Notes under the pieces: model-generated
The model's database searches: none
What the model was told of the DNA's origin: nothing
The model's input: only the letters and a program-made list of their open reading frames with translations
Program-made: the position numbers and the translations under genes
NCBI GenBank assembly: GCA_036172245.1
Contig: JAYWIR010000048.1
Span: 930,001 to 994,000 of the forward strand
Source of the DNA: Raillietiella orientalis
Lineage: Eukaryota
Direction of reading: 5' to 3'
DNA: 64,000 bases
In this document: positions 37,914 through 49,879 of the stretch, piece by piece
Position numbering within the stretch: position 1 is the first letter of the stretch
Layout: every line of letters begins with the position of its first letter

Positions 37914-38290
37914 TATAATTACCTAGGGAAACCGATTGGCTTCGATCCACTCATGTCCGACGGAAACGTGGATACCTTCATTGTCCATTTCAAAATCATT
38001 GCTGACTCCTCCTTAACCCCATGGCAGAAACTGGACACCATCAAATGCTTTTCCTTGTCATCATTGGTACATGACCTTCCTCTTGTCATCAATCCACTGT
38101 CTTCCTGGGCCAAGATTGATAAAATAACGCCGAATACTCTGAAGCAAAGCATTCTCTCGCTTACTCAAGGATCATCAAACGAATACCTATACGGAAGTGT
38201 TCGTGATGGATACCTCGGGATTAATCTTCTTGTCGAAGAAGAGCGAACAATGATCGCTGACTCTGCGTTCAAGCTACTAACGTGTCGCCT
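37914..38290 (+). mobile_element. NeSL/Utopia-like (RLE-class) non-LTR retrotransposon RT C-terminal fragment
   Basis: Open frame YNYLGKPIGF...SSLTPWQKLDTIKCF...SSNEYLYGSVRDGYLGI...ADSAFKLLT, a motif set I recognise from NeSL/Utopia-type elements; lower GC than its flanks. Confidence 0.8.
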
Positions 38291-38600
38291 TGATGAGGAC
38301 AGCAGCAAGGTGGCCCCATCTTTCAGAAGAAGACGCCAGGAAGATCACCACCTTCCAGAGCCGCTCCTAGGAGGAAAGAAGCGTTTTTAACCAAAGTCCC
38401 CTGTCCCTACCTTCCTGTCCCTTTTTATTTCTTTATTGTCCCCTCTTTCCATCCCCGACTATTGGAAGCCGGCCTAAGTGCTCACGGTCATCCCAAATGA
38501 ACTTTATTTTTATGACATCTCTTGTAGTAAAGGGATGCTGCTCCCCTAAGACTTGTAGTTGGTTTGTTTTGAATAAACGGCACGGCGAAAAGGTTGCAAC
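38288..38600 (+). mobile_element. Very short L1/Tx1 3' tail
   Basis: LMRTAARWPHL and a 3' UTR homologous to 39717-39940 and 9100-9370; AATAAA at ~38572. Confidence 0.8.
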
Positions 38601-38700
38601 GCACGGTTGGAACGTTGTTCATCCACCTTAAGGGGAACACGGAAAGTGTTCCAACCGAAAAAAGAGGACCACAAGCTCTTTGGGGGGTGCACGCCAAAGG

Positions 38701-39939
38701 TCGCTCCACCGAAGGACTCCCTTCTCCCAGGAGCAAACAGTGGCGCCGTCCGCCAGCTCTCGTACTCGTCTTGCAGCCGTCGAGGACTTCCCCGACTCCT
38801 GCAGCCGTGCGGGAAACGCCCACCCTGCTCCGGTCGGCTGCTGCCATCGTTTGCCCCGAGGGCAAGCGGTGCTGCGGTAAGGAGCGAGACGGCTATCCGC
38901 GACCGCGGCGCCCAGTCCGGCAAGATATCTCCTAGCGGTTTGCATGGAAGTTTCCGCAGCGGACGAAGTTCCTGTGGGCGCACTTCCAGAGCCGCTGCCT
39001 CCGGACTCCAATGCCTCTCTCCGCCAGGTATCCCAGGCTGGGGGAGGGGGGCAGGAGACCCAAGGCAGGGACTCCAACAATGGAAGATGGCTTTTTCAGG
39101 GGAGGGAGGAATCCTGGCATCCTTTGTCGGCAGCGCAGTAGCGACGAAAGAAGTCCTGCGCTTCCAGAGCATCGCCGCAGGATGGGGCGTGCCGGAGCAC
39201 ACGAATGACGGGTCCGCAATTTGGCGCAGGGTGCCAGTTGACGGAACTGCACCTGCGGATGGTCCGATCTTCCGGCGAAAAGATTCCTTCCGTGGGGCGA
39301 TCTGCTTGGTGTGCCCCCTCCCCTGAAGAACTTGTGGTCCCTGCTCTGTGCACCAACACTCCAGTGTTCTCACTGACATGGAAACGGGATGACCTCCGTT
39401 TCTGCACTGGGGGGATTCCGGTGCACCCAGCGCAGCCGCCTGAGTTCGGGGGGAGTTGCCCCCTCCGAGCTGCTTGAGGTGCGGGGGCGATGGAGTCCTT
39501 CCCGCACCTCCTGTTGGACGGCAGCGACCTCGGGGACTTCTTGCGGAGAACTGGAGTCGGCGATCCGCCATCCGGACGACACCTCTGCGGACTTGCTGCG
39601 AGGCGCTCTTGCGCGGCAGGCGGGCTGGCGACGAGCGCTGCGATAGCAACGATCTGCTGCGTCTGCGCCAGAGCTCCGTGTTGGATCCTCGTTCGCGGCG
39701 AAGGGGAGACCACCAGCCTTGATGAGGACGGCTGCAAATTGGCCCCATCGCCAGAGAAAGTCATCAATGAGAACGCCAGTGTCCAGATCCGCTTCTAGGA
39801 GGAAAGGAACGGCTGCAACCAGAGACCCCTGTCCCCATTCTCCTGCCTTTTTTAAAAAAATTATTTATTGTCTTCTCCATCCACTTCCGAATTCCTTAAA
39901 AGCCGGCCTGCGAGCTGGTGGTCATCCCCAGTGGACTTT
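38701..39939. repeat. Copy 2 of the 1239-bp inverted duplication (minus ORF2 fragment ~38610-39090 plus plus-strand LINE tail ~39090-39995)
   Basis: Reverse complement of 15590-16828. Confidence 0.97.
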
Positions 39940-41089
39940 TTTTTGTGCGTGACTGACTTGTGATTTATTTATTTTTAAATAAAGGTCCCGGCATGGCCAA
40001 TGCCAAAAGCTAGATGCGGAACTTCAGCAAATGGCTCGGGATATTTAGCATGAGAAGCCGAGAGGAAGAGGCTGAACAAGGATGTGCCCGGTAGACCGTA
40101 AGGAGGATTGTCAGATGAAGAAGGATGGTCGAGAAACGCTTCGAGTCAGGGATGTGAGAAAATTGTGAAGGCATAACAGATTTGGGGGGAAACCGAAGGC
40201 GGCAGCATCGCGGCATAGACAAACCGACCGGATGAACCGATGTGACGTCATGAAATTGCTCGCAGAAGAAATCGAACCTGTGGCTTCCAAACTCCCACTC
40301 GTTCCAGATCTTCTCCTCGCGTTATCGTTACCTACGCTGGACAGCTCGAATCGCATCGTCAATGGAAGTTCTGAGATCGTCCATCCGGATGCCTGTTCTT
40401 CTTCTTCTTCTGATCCTACCGCTGCTTCCTTGAGAGAATTCTGGTGCCTATGGGAGCGACAATGTCAGACCCTACCCGAGGGGAGGAACTACGCTGGGAG
40501 CGAATCGGGATCTGCTAGCACAGGCCCAGAGGGACGATGACCCAGCCAGCTGTGCCTCTACGAGAGAGGGAGGCACCACACCGCGTGCCTAAAGAACGGG
40601 AGCCTCCATAAAGCCATCCTGCTGGAGCCGGATGAAACGCGCTCGCAAGAGCCTGGCTTGCGGCAGTTTACAGCGCACGCGTGTGGGTATTTGAGCCAAG
40701 TGAGTGCTCTTCTGTTCTGCGGTCGCGAACCACAGCCAGCAGTGGGATTGTTGGCTGTGGTCCAACCGTTCCTGGTCTCACAGTTCACTTCCTCTTCCCC
40801 CATTGCTGTTTGAATTCCCTTGCAGCAAAGCTTGCAGGATGGTCTGCGGCAGGTTATTTTTTATTTTGTTTTGCCTCGTTTCCGACTCAGTGATGTCTGA
40901 TCGCGGTCCACTTCCTCTTTGTGCACTGCTCATGCCTTGATCTGCTGCCTGTAGGCCGCCGTCTCGCGGCAAGTTGCGACTCTTCACTTCGCAGCTCTGG
41001 AGCAGGAAGAGTAGCCTCTGGCAACTGCTCGAAAACAACGCGGTCTGCAAACTGAGCATGGAGGTCTAACAGACCCCTCCGAAGCACCA

Positions 41090-42410
41090 CTCCTCCTGCT
41101 CATGGTTACTCTGTGGGACAACGGGGAACCCCGAGTCCCACTGTCGGACTTGGGCTCTCCGAGTCGGCAATCTCGGCCTCCTGACGCTGGAGCCGATGGA
41201 ATGTCAGTTACGATGACGACCCTTGGACATCGCAGCGAAGTCATGGAGCACCCCATGGTGCCACGTCTCCTTGAGAGCGTGAAGCCGGGGCGGAAGGACT
41301 CGCGCCTTTCCTCTCGTGCTCGCTCCCCAAGATGCGAAAATGTGGTCTTCTCCTGGGTGGCATGGTCACCCTGGAGGAGGAGAACGACTGGGGGGTCTGC
41401 TGCCGCGCCGACTCTAGAGCATGGCTAGAGGAAACAGTTGGCGTGTGGGCGAAGATCCACGAGGCGGGAACGGAAAAGTGGAACTGCCCACGACTCGGCA
41501 ACCAAGCCCACTGCTCTCTCCAGAAGATCCTGGAGTGTCCTGCCACGAGCACGTAGGCAGAGACGGCGTCCCTCGCTGCAACGCTTCCCTTTTTGTGGAG
41601 GGCACTTGGCAGCGGTCAAAGGCTGCGGTGGGAAGTCTCCTTCAAGATTGCAGGCAGGAAGAAGATGATGAGTGGTTGAACCACGGGACATCTGGAGGAC
41701 TCAGCGACCGCGAATGCCCTTCTGCGTGGGCTACAGCGCTGGGGCGAGCTGCTCGGCATTCCAGCCCAAGACCTGAAGGTGACCCTCAGTGCTGAAGGAC
41801 ACGAGCACCCTCTCCCTGAAGTAGCAAGAGTCAACCCTGCTGTTGTTGCACTGGGGCTTCCCCTGCAGCGTGCGCTGACACCACTGGACTCTGGAGAGGG
41901 TGATTCCGGACTGTGGCAGGTGAGGGAACGAGAATCCCTCCCGCGACTGCTAATGGACTGTGTTGCCCTCCGGCCCCTGTGAGAACGTTTGGGGACGACC
42001 CTCCGAACCCCGGTCGGCACCTCTCCAGGGATGTTTTATGGCTTCTCTTCGTGCAGCCAGTGGCAGCCCCAGCAGCGCTTGCTGCATCCGCGGGATTTCG
42101 GAGTCCTGGAGCGAAGCTGGCAGAGGAAGAAACGAGATGGGCTCCATCTAATTCGCAGTTCGCTTCCTGCGGACATCAGTCGGATGGCCCCACCTGGGAA
42201 TTATACCTATCGACCTTGCTGGTATTCTGGAACGGATGTTGCCTTCCTCCAGCGGGCAATGATCCCTTCCAGCCCCTAAGTGTTTTTGTTCATTTTTATT
42301 TATTTTTTATTTTTTCATTTTTTGTTTTCTCCCATCCTCCCCTCCGCTGCCGAGGTGAGTCCTCCGGTCTGCGTATCGGTGGCCCGGCAGGTCCATGGTT
42401 GAGATGGCCG
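41090..42410 (+). mobile_element. Decayed L1/Tx1 ORF2 3' half plus 3' UTR
   Basis: LWDNGEPRVPLSDL, WSTPWC, WGVCCR, LLLHWG, ERESLPRLLMDCVALRPL; hairpin at 42364-42379. Confidence 0.85.
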
Positions 42411-43689
42411 TAGAGGGGCCTCGTACCACGAAAGCTGTAACTTATAAGCTGTTATCAAAAAATGGCACGGAGCGACCGAGTGACAACTCCGGAGCGGGAA
42501 GGCCGGAAGGCAATCCGGCGCTGCACAGCACTTTCATCCGCTCGCTCTTCGCCTGCTGGAGGAAATTCGCGGCTCCGCCTTTCGGCCCTCCTGTTTCCCT
42601 ACTCGCCTCCACCTTCCCCGGGAAACCCCGAGCCCGGCTCCCGTTCGCGCTCGAGTTTTTCCTGTGGCCTTCCCGCTCCCCTCGCCTCCCCGCGGAAGCT
42701 TCACAGAGCGCGCGAGTCCTCTCCCACGAACGAGAATTCCCCGGGGGGAAGAAAAGACGGCCGAGAGCGGCGCGGCTCCAGGATACGGAGCACATCGTTC
42801 GTGCAGCCCGATCGCGCCCTGGAGATGAGTGACTCCCCCCTCCGCCGCTCCGGAACGGCGCTGCGTCCCGTTCGCGTCGTCCGCCTCCTTCCCAAACGGG
42901 AAAGGGGGAACGTCTCGAGTCGAGAGCGTGGGATCTTCGAAGAGCAGTCTTCTGCCCTTCTCCGGAAGACGTGCACGTCATGCATGCATCCCAAGGTCTG
43001 TAGGAGGAATGAGATGAGGGATTCAATGAGGAGGCTGGCCGTCAATGCTCTACTCATTCTTCCGGTGTATTTAAAGGATGAGGCTAGGGTACCTCTCGTT
43101 CGGGGTAGATGTCTTCCCAAAGCCCAGAGGAAGATCAAAACGTCGTCCCATCAAATCTCCCGTTGCTTTCGTCTTAGGAGATCGAAAAACGCCCTCCTTC
43201 CATGTTTATGTGATGAGTTCTGGATCCCGATTTCCGGGAGTAATCTTTTCGTCTTCTATTCCTTTACGATCTGGAGCAGAGGCTCTTCTCCTTCAGGAGT
43301 CGCTTCCTCCCCCCTCCCTCCGTGCTCCTGAGGAAAGCATCGGATGGATTCCTCTTACGCTTTCGTCGTGTCTTCCCTCCGTCTCCTGAGACGGGGGATA
43401 AAAGGAGCTGTTGAAGAAGAGCTCGGGATGCTCCATCATTGAAGCCGAACATCAAGGGATCGTAGGGCATGCTTCGTTGAAGGGTGCTTCGTGACGAGGA
43501 CGTCAAGTATCCAAACCACGAGATGAATCGAGTGCCAACGAATCATCAGAGAGGACTCTCGGTCCACTCGCGCGCCGTGGGTTCCGCGGTTGAAACCGGT
43601 GGCGCAGCAGACCTTTCTAAACGGGAGCGATCGCCCACCTTCGAGCTCTTGCCTCGCCCTTCTGCGTCAGGAGAAGAGGGAGAACTTTT

Positions 43690-44010
43690 TGGTGACCTCT
43701 CCCCCTTCCAGAGAATGGCATTTTCTCTTAGGAGGCGTGGCGTTATTATTTTTTCGAAATCATTTCTGGAAGTCATCGAATCACCCCTACCCCAACTGGA
43801 TGCCTACAGCTCTACCCTAGTTGGGGGTCTCTCATCCAGGTCTCCCTGGTGAAAGACCGGCTCCAATTGGCACTGGAGTCTGCTCCAAAATCCTCTATGC
43901 CTTTTTGATCGTCGACGGTCAGTCGGGCGAGAAGAGGTCGCCCTGGCAGCGGCGGAAGAGGAGGATCTGCAAGGGGGAACAGACCGACACCTCGTCCCCG
44001 CGAGCATGGA
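43690..44010 (+). mobile_element. Probable LINE ORF1 fragment (inverted homolog at ~47420-47580)
   Basis: PFQRMAFS...IIFSKSFLEVIES is shared with the minus strand of 47420-47580; followed by knuckle-like RRICKGE. The ORF1 assignment is inferred. Confidence 0.4.
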
Positions 44011-44569
44011 GCCGCTTCCATTGGTCTTGGCATTTGGCCGCCTGTTGCTGCTCCTCCTTCAGGGACGGAGCTTTGACCGTCTTCTCCCCCCCTCCCCCTC
44101 TCTTCTCCTCCCCTTTCTCCACGGATTCGAAAAAATAAAAACGCCTCTCCTTTTCAGATACTTCCCTAATCCCCGCGATTGCGTGAGGAGCTTTTCCGGC
44201 GCAGGTCATCATCTCTACACGACCCTGACCCCTCAACGCAGGAGGGAGTGTACACGGGCGGAATGCTAAGCGCTTCTGCGGGCTGTGATCCACTTTCCTT
44301 CCTCTTCCCTCTCGTGGGAAGCTGCACGGAAGAAATTCCGGAGAGCTCCAGCTCTGAGTCTCCGGCGTCCCCTCTGAATGCCCCCTTCTTCCTCGTTGGG
44401 GGGTCGTCGTCTGGAAAACGGTTTTCCCGTCGGATTGCGAACATGTTTCAAACCGCCTCAAGGGATGCGATCGATTCCCCTTCCAAATTGAGATCCATCC
44501 GTTCCCGATTTCCCCCGTCCCGAATTCTCCGCTTCGCGTATCCCCCCTGCTGCTGACGCTCGCGTACCA

Positions 44570-45190
44570 CCCATGAGCCTTGCTGACGTCTCCACGGAAC
44601 GTTTTTACATGTACAATTAACAACAGGAAGAAGCATTCAAGTGTGCGGACAACTCGAGAGTTGACAGACGCTGCGACCCCGAGTGTCCCACCCCAAGGAC
44701 CTCTAAGCTGGGAACAGCTGCTAGGAATTCCTCCGGAGGAGGTGAGGTGGCTCCCAGCGTGTTGGAGCAGTGCCACCCTCCTCCTAGAGTGGAACGAGTC
44801 GGCGATCCTTTTGTTGCATTGTGGCCTCCCGTGCAACGTCCACCAGCACCATTGGACACGGGGGAGTGCGAGCCCCAACTGTAGCAGGTGCGGAGAAAGA
44901 GTCCCACCCGCACCTCCTCGTGCTGAGCGACGCCCTCATACCGGTCGCACCCCTAGCATCAGTTTGCTGCCCAGAGGCGGGACCGTAGATGCATGGTGCA
45001 ACTCCAGAGGGGGTCAGAACGACAGGGACGCCATTTATTTTGCAGTCTTCTTTCTGAGGACAGCGCCAAGATGGCCCCATCTGGGGGTCTTGAAACAGGA
45101 ACTTGCCGGCATCCTTATGCTGATGCAGAGGGTGTCCTACAGAACCCAGTGATCCCTTCCCGATTCCTCCCAACTTGTAAAAGCAAAAGG
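44570..45190 (+). mobile_element. L1/Tx1 ORF2 tail
   Basis: ELTDAATP...LLLHCGLPCNVHQHHW...PNCSRCGE...FLRTAPRWPHLG. Confidence 0.88.
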
Positions 45191-45930
45191 ACCTCTTGAA
45201 AGCTCATGAAGCACAAGTGTTTCGCACCTCCATAAATCCTAGCCATGCCCGAAGCGAGTCCTGCCGATATCCCATGAGCTGTCAAATCTTTTTCTTGAAG
45301 TAAAGCAGATGCATCTGTATGATGGGAGCTCGCGTGTGCAGTAAGCACCTGTGTGCCTTTGCTGAAGGAAATCCGGAAAAGCACGGAAAGCGGCAAATCT
45401 CAAATTCTGAACACCAAGGAGACCGATCATCAAGTCTCCACCCCCCAATGAGAAGGCACCAAAAAAATCGTGTTGGCAGCCCTGTTGCATCTTTTGAGCG
45501 AGTGGCATCAGATCCACAAAATTCCCAGGATGGTGGAAGCGTCAAAGGGAAGAAACTCAGGCTCGATCCAACAGTGGGAATCAGTAAGCAAACTGAGGGC
45601 AGCGGTCCATCTCTTGCATCCATCTTTCCAGCAAGGGCAGTATGCAACAAGAGTAGAAATCAAAATTAAGATATCCGATGAGCTGAAACCGTACATTGCA
45701 GACGACCGGGACTTAATCAACAGGTAGGAAAAGCGCAAGCAATCATTCCTTACCTCTTAGCTGTCTTTGTAAGTGGGGAAAAAAAAAAATCTTAATTGTA
45801 TATTTTCCCCCGGCTAAAATATCTGCAAGTCACTAACTACCTCAAGCGAAAGAAAAGCTCTAAAACAAATGCTCCAGAGAAGTGAGCAGCTCACTCTAGC
45901 AAGAAGTCCTGTGTGCTCCTCCCAACCGTA

Positions 45931-47150
45931 CGAGGCGCATCTCAAAAGTAAGGGCCGATCCTGTAGAAAGAAAGAACAAAGAAGGGAAACAAAAATGCAC
46001 TGGTGGTTCGAAACACCTACGTCCCCATGCCATCCTCCTACGCAGTCACCATTTTTTTTCCAAAGACTTCTGATACCCGTGGAAGAGGCTTTTTTTAATC
46101 CCTCTGCGCAACCAGTCCAGTGGCCGGTCGGGAAGTCCGGTCGGTGACTCGAGTTCTTAATGCAAAGGGACGTGACGCTGCCGAAATTCACCGTGTGAAA
46201 TTCATGGGCCTGCAGTAATGAGGGGAGGAAAGGTAAGGCGATGGTGTCGTGAGTTTAGGGAAGGGACCGTTCCCATGTTCACGGTGAAGAGAGGAGTGGC
46301 AGACCCGGCGTTCAGACTGACCATCTCGCTGAGCGTGCGGATGCGGAAGCGAGAGGAAATCGTTCGCTTCGCGATCCGTGGTCTTCCCCATAGAATTTCC
46401 AGAAGTTCCAAAGACAAGAGGACTGTGGCTGACGCACTTGGCCACCGTGAAGTATGTGCGCGATGGGCCCCGAAAATGCTCACGGACGATCACAAAGACC
46501 AGGGACTGGCATCTCCACATGAAATTCAGATTGGAACTATTTGATCACCCAGTCCTGACCTCGGGCCCAGTGACTACTGCGTCCTCCTTCCTACACCGCA
46601 AGAAGTGGCTCAACGAATCGAGGGGAAAAGTGAGGAGTTGAAAACTTTAGTGCTGCTGAACTGGCTGAACTCCCAGGAGGTGGGATTCCATGCAGACGGT
46701 TTCAAGGGCGGACCTGACAACGGATCTCCTCAGGAAAGCCCTGTAGGGCACAGGGAGGTCCAGAGTCCGGCTGAAAGATTTGTCTGCGCTGCGTAGGGAT
46801 GGTGGACTGGACCTCCTCACGCTGGAAAGGAATGAAGCGTCAGCTCCAATGCAGAAGACTCGTCCTCGCGGCGAGGTTATGGACCACGCCTTGGTGAGAG
46901 CCAGCACGCTTCCCTGCCAGCGGAGCAACCGGCTACGAGGGACTGTCTTCGGTCCCCGTTGCCAAGGAAACCGGTTTGGGGCACTGTGGCCATCAACTTC
47001 GACAAATGGTTGCCGTGGCGGAAGAAAACACTCTCATTGCCGGGTCGCTTATTTCAGAAAGCTTCTTTCACGAGTATCCAAAGTGTTTGAGAAAAAAATG
47101 GTGACTGCGTAGAAGGATGACACGGGCACGTGTGTGTCTCGAGCCAAATG
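45931..47150 (+). mobile_element. Internally deleted mariner with inverted 3' end at its left side, interrupted by a LINE fragment
   Basis: TA|CGAGGCGCATCTCAAAAGTAAGGGCCGATC TIR; EVRSVTRVLNAKG..AAEIHR, KVRRWCREF, ERSGRP, VCARWAPKMLT (WVPHEL), LFDHP/SPDLGPSDY (YSPDLAP), KKWL; C-terminus resumes at ~47055. Confidence 0.88.
46749..47022 (+). repeat. 274-bp LINE ORF2 segment identical to 50086-50359
   Basis: Direct repeat with constant offset 3337; encodes the RVRLKDLSALRRDGGLDLL region. Confidence 0.95.
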
Positions 47151-48049
47151 AGCTCGCCAGTCGAGCTCATTTTTATATAAATGGACGCCCGGCGCAACCG
47201 GGTGTCGAACCACAGAACATTCTTTTCGCGGACATTTCTGGAACTCGACCGCAAATCATTTGAAACGGTTCATCCCCGATTATCGGTATAACAGCGCGGA
47301 TCTATCACTACATAGTACTGCATCTAATAAAATGGCGGGATCCAGCGCAACATGTCGAGATACCAGCAGATGTGCAAAAAAGTAGTTCCTCCGCTCGGCT
47401 AAGGCGGCCCCCTATTCCCGGCAGTCCATTTGATCGGGGGAGAGCCACAGGTTCCCGGTTGGAGTAGGCATGATTCTATGACTTCCAGAGATGATTTCGA
47501 GAGAATAATCTCAGGCTCCCTCCGGGAAAATGCCATTCTTTGGAAGGGGGGAGGGGTCGCGAACAAGTTCTCCATCCTCCGCCAACGCAGGGGTGCGCCG
47601 GCAGAGGAATACAACCACCGCAGGCTGGTTCCCAAAAGGAAATGGAGAAATTTCCTCCCCTCTCCCTTTCATCTCCCTTCCTAAGGGTTTCGGAGGTAGG
47701 CCCGGATCTGGGGCCCGCGAGCAGAACGTTCCCCGCCCCAAGGAGGGAACAATCGATTGAGCTGTGCGCTTCCAGTGAGCTGCAGGGAGCGGATGCAAAT
47801 CGGCATCCTCCCTCTCCCTCTCCACCAAGCGCGCGCTGCTCTGACGTGCGGCAGGCGAGTGTCTGCGAAGGGGGTCCGAGGCGCCGGCAGCGAAAGGGGT
47901 GAGGAAACATAGGGAAAGAGAGATGAGGCTGGGAGGGATCCAAGCAGTTCCCCGCGAAAACGAACGGAAGGACGCCTCGTTGGGCCCTCAGGTGATCCTC
48001 CGCGGTAGACTGCTTGGAGAGCTCGTTCCACCCTTCAGTGGATCTCTGT

Positions 48050-48350
48050 GAACCATCCGCGACCACCGCTGGAAAAATTCCGCCGTCACGTCCCGGTTAC
48101 AAGGAAGAAGGAACGTCCCATGCCATCCCAATCTCCCTTCCTTTCTTTTTCATTTATTTGTTCATTGCTTCCTTCCCCCTTTTTCCGCTCGAGACCTCTT
48201 CATGCCGGCGAATGATCCCTCTGGATACCTTCTCGCGTTTTCCGGGAACCGCGTCCCCGACTTGTCCGTCTGTTTCTCGTGCTGGACCAACGTCCCAGAA
48301 CGACCTTTTCATCCCGGATTGCCGGACTGTTTATTTCAAAACAAGACACG
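48050..48350 (+). mobile_element. LINE 3' UTR fragment (subfamily shared with 54130-54420)
   Basis: ccttctcgcgttttccgggaac...ctgtttctcgtgctg...gtttatttcaaaacaagac is shared with the minus-strand copy, which lies downstream of an ORF2 tail. Confidence 0.7.
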
Positions 48351-49099
48351 CGCCATTCCGAGCCCAAAGTCCTTTGCCCTCTCAGGAGACTGAACTGAGG
48401 GGCAGTGGAGGGAGAGGAGGGGACAGCGAATGGGTGAGTGAATCGGGAGTGGGATGGAGCGGGAATCAAGTCGAGCCTTGCGGCATTCGACTTGATTCCC
48501 GAGGGCCTGAGTCGAGCAGGAAAGCGACGGAATGGTGCGAGGGTGTGCTCTCGCTGGCTCCTAGTCAGTCTGCTCACAAGCGTTCGCACCCCACTCACCT
48601 TTACTTCCCTGATTCGACCATTTCATCCTCTTTCGCACGTAGACAGCGATGGCGATTGTCGGTGACTGCCCAGCCACACTCTTCCTCCTCCATTTTGGCG
48701 GTCACGGCTGCTTGTGCGTGGCAACCGGCAAACCTGGAAAGTCGGTCTCCATGGGCGGCATCGGGGGGGGGAACGGGAGCTCCTCAGGGATGCGCTCCCA
48801 GCCCCGACGTAGCCCTATGCGTTCCAGCAGACACGTGCGGTAAGGTTCCCCCTATCGTCTAGAGGATGCACTCCCTGGGCACTCTCTTCCCACGGAGGCG
48901 GGATGGCGTCCCTCGTTTCGAGGGAGCGTCCGGTGCACCGTCAAGATGGCGGTCCTCTGTGCCAGCGAAGTGAGACAGGGTGGAGACGTTGACCCCGGGC
49001 ATAACGAGATCTCGAAGTTCTTCCTGGGGAATCCCGTTTAACTTTGGAGACCCCGAGGTAGAGCTTTGGGAGGGAACATGATCGCTAGGAGAGTGGTTT

Positions 49100-49815
49100 C
49101 CCACTGGTCAGTGGGCTTGGTGACTCCGGAGATACGTTGGGTCACCTCCCACGCTGCAGGAGTACCCTCTTCCTCTCGACTCCAACGGTGAAGCGAAATG
49201 GACACGTGGCGTCCTTAGTGTGTGCTGTGTCGCATGCTGAAATCCAGGATGCATGCCAACATCACCCAGCATCCCTGAAAGAAGGCGTCTCCCCGGGCGA
49301 CTGGAGGCTCCCCTGTGTGGGAGAGTTCGACTATTCATCCGTGTCCGCATCCCCAGTGCTTCCCTCAGCCAAGAGTTCCTGCTCAGTGGACGACAGGTTC
49401 TCCGCTCGTGTTCCCTCGCACCAATCCATTTCCCAGATTCGTCCACTCCATTCCCCTTCGCACGTAGACGACGACGGCAATTGCAGGCAGCTCTCCGGGA
49501 TGCTGGCCGCATTCCTCCTCTTCCCTCCATTTGGGCAGCTCTCGCTGATCATGCGTGGGAGATCATCGCGGGCTGTGACGATGCGGCCGGCAAGTCTGGT
49601 GGCGTGGGGGTCTCTTGAAGGAGGTCTTCCGAGACGGCGTCGTGTGGGGCGAGGCACACAAGTGCCTCAGGGATGGGCTCCAATCTTGCATGCAGCCTCC
49701 AGCAGCGTCGAATGGCTCCTGGAGGCCGCATGCTGGATTAAAGCCGAGTGCCTAGCAACCTTGCTCAAGGGCAGTATCGCCGCCCCTGACATTCAGGGAG
49801 GCGCGATTATTGCTA
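49100..49815 (-). mobile_element. APE (apurinic-like) endonuclease remnant of LINE ORF2; homologous pieces at ~48400-48850 (-) and ~53600-53900 (+)
   Basis: ASLNVRG, DLLQET, AVVVYVR and LDFS occur in the order of APE motifs NVRG, LQET, GVAIYV and GDFN. Confidence 0.7.
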
Positions 49816-49879
49816 GTTGAAAACTAAACTCCATAAAATCCCAGGGAACACGCGCATCTCTTTCCTCTTTTTTTTTTGT

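Noticed and set aside
42340..42395. Possible self-cleaving ribozyme in the LINE 3' UTR
   Set aside because: No hammerhead CUGANGA/GAAA core and no recognisable HDV or twister core; only simple stems are supported.
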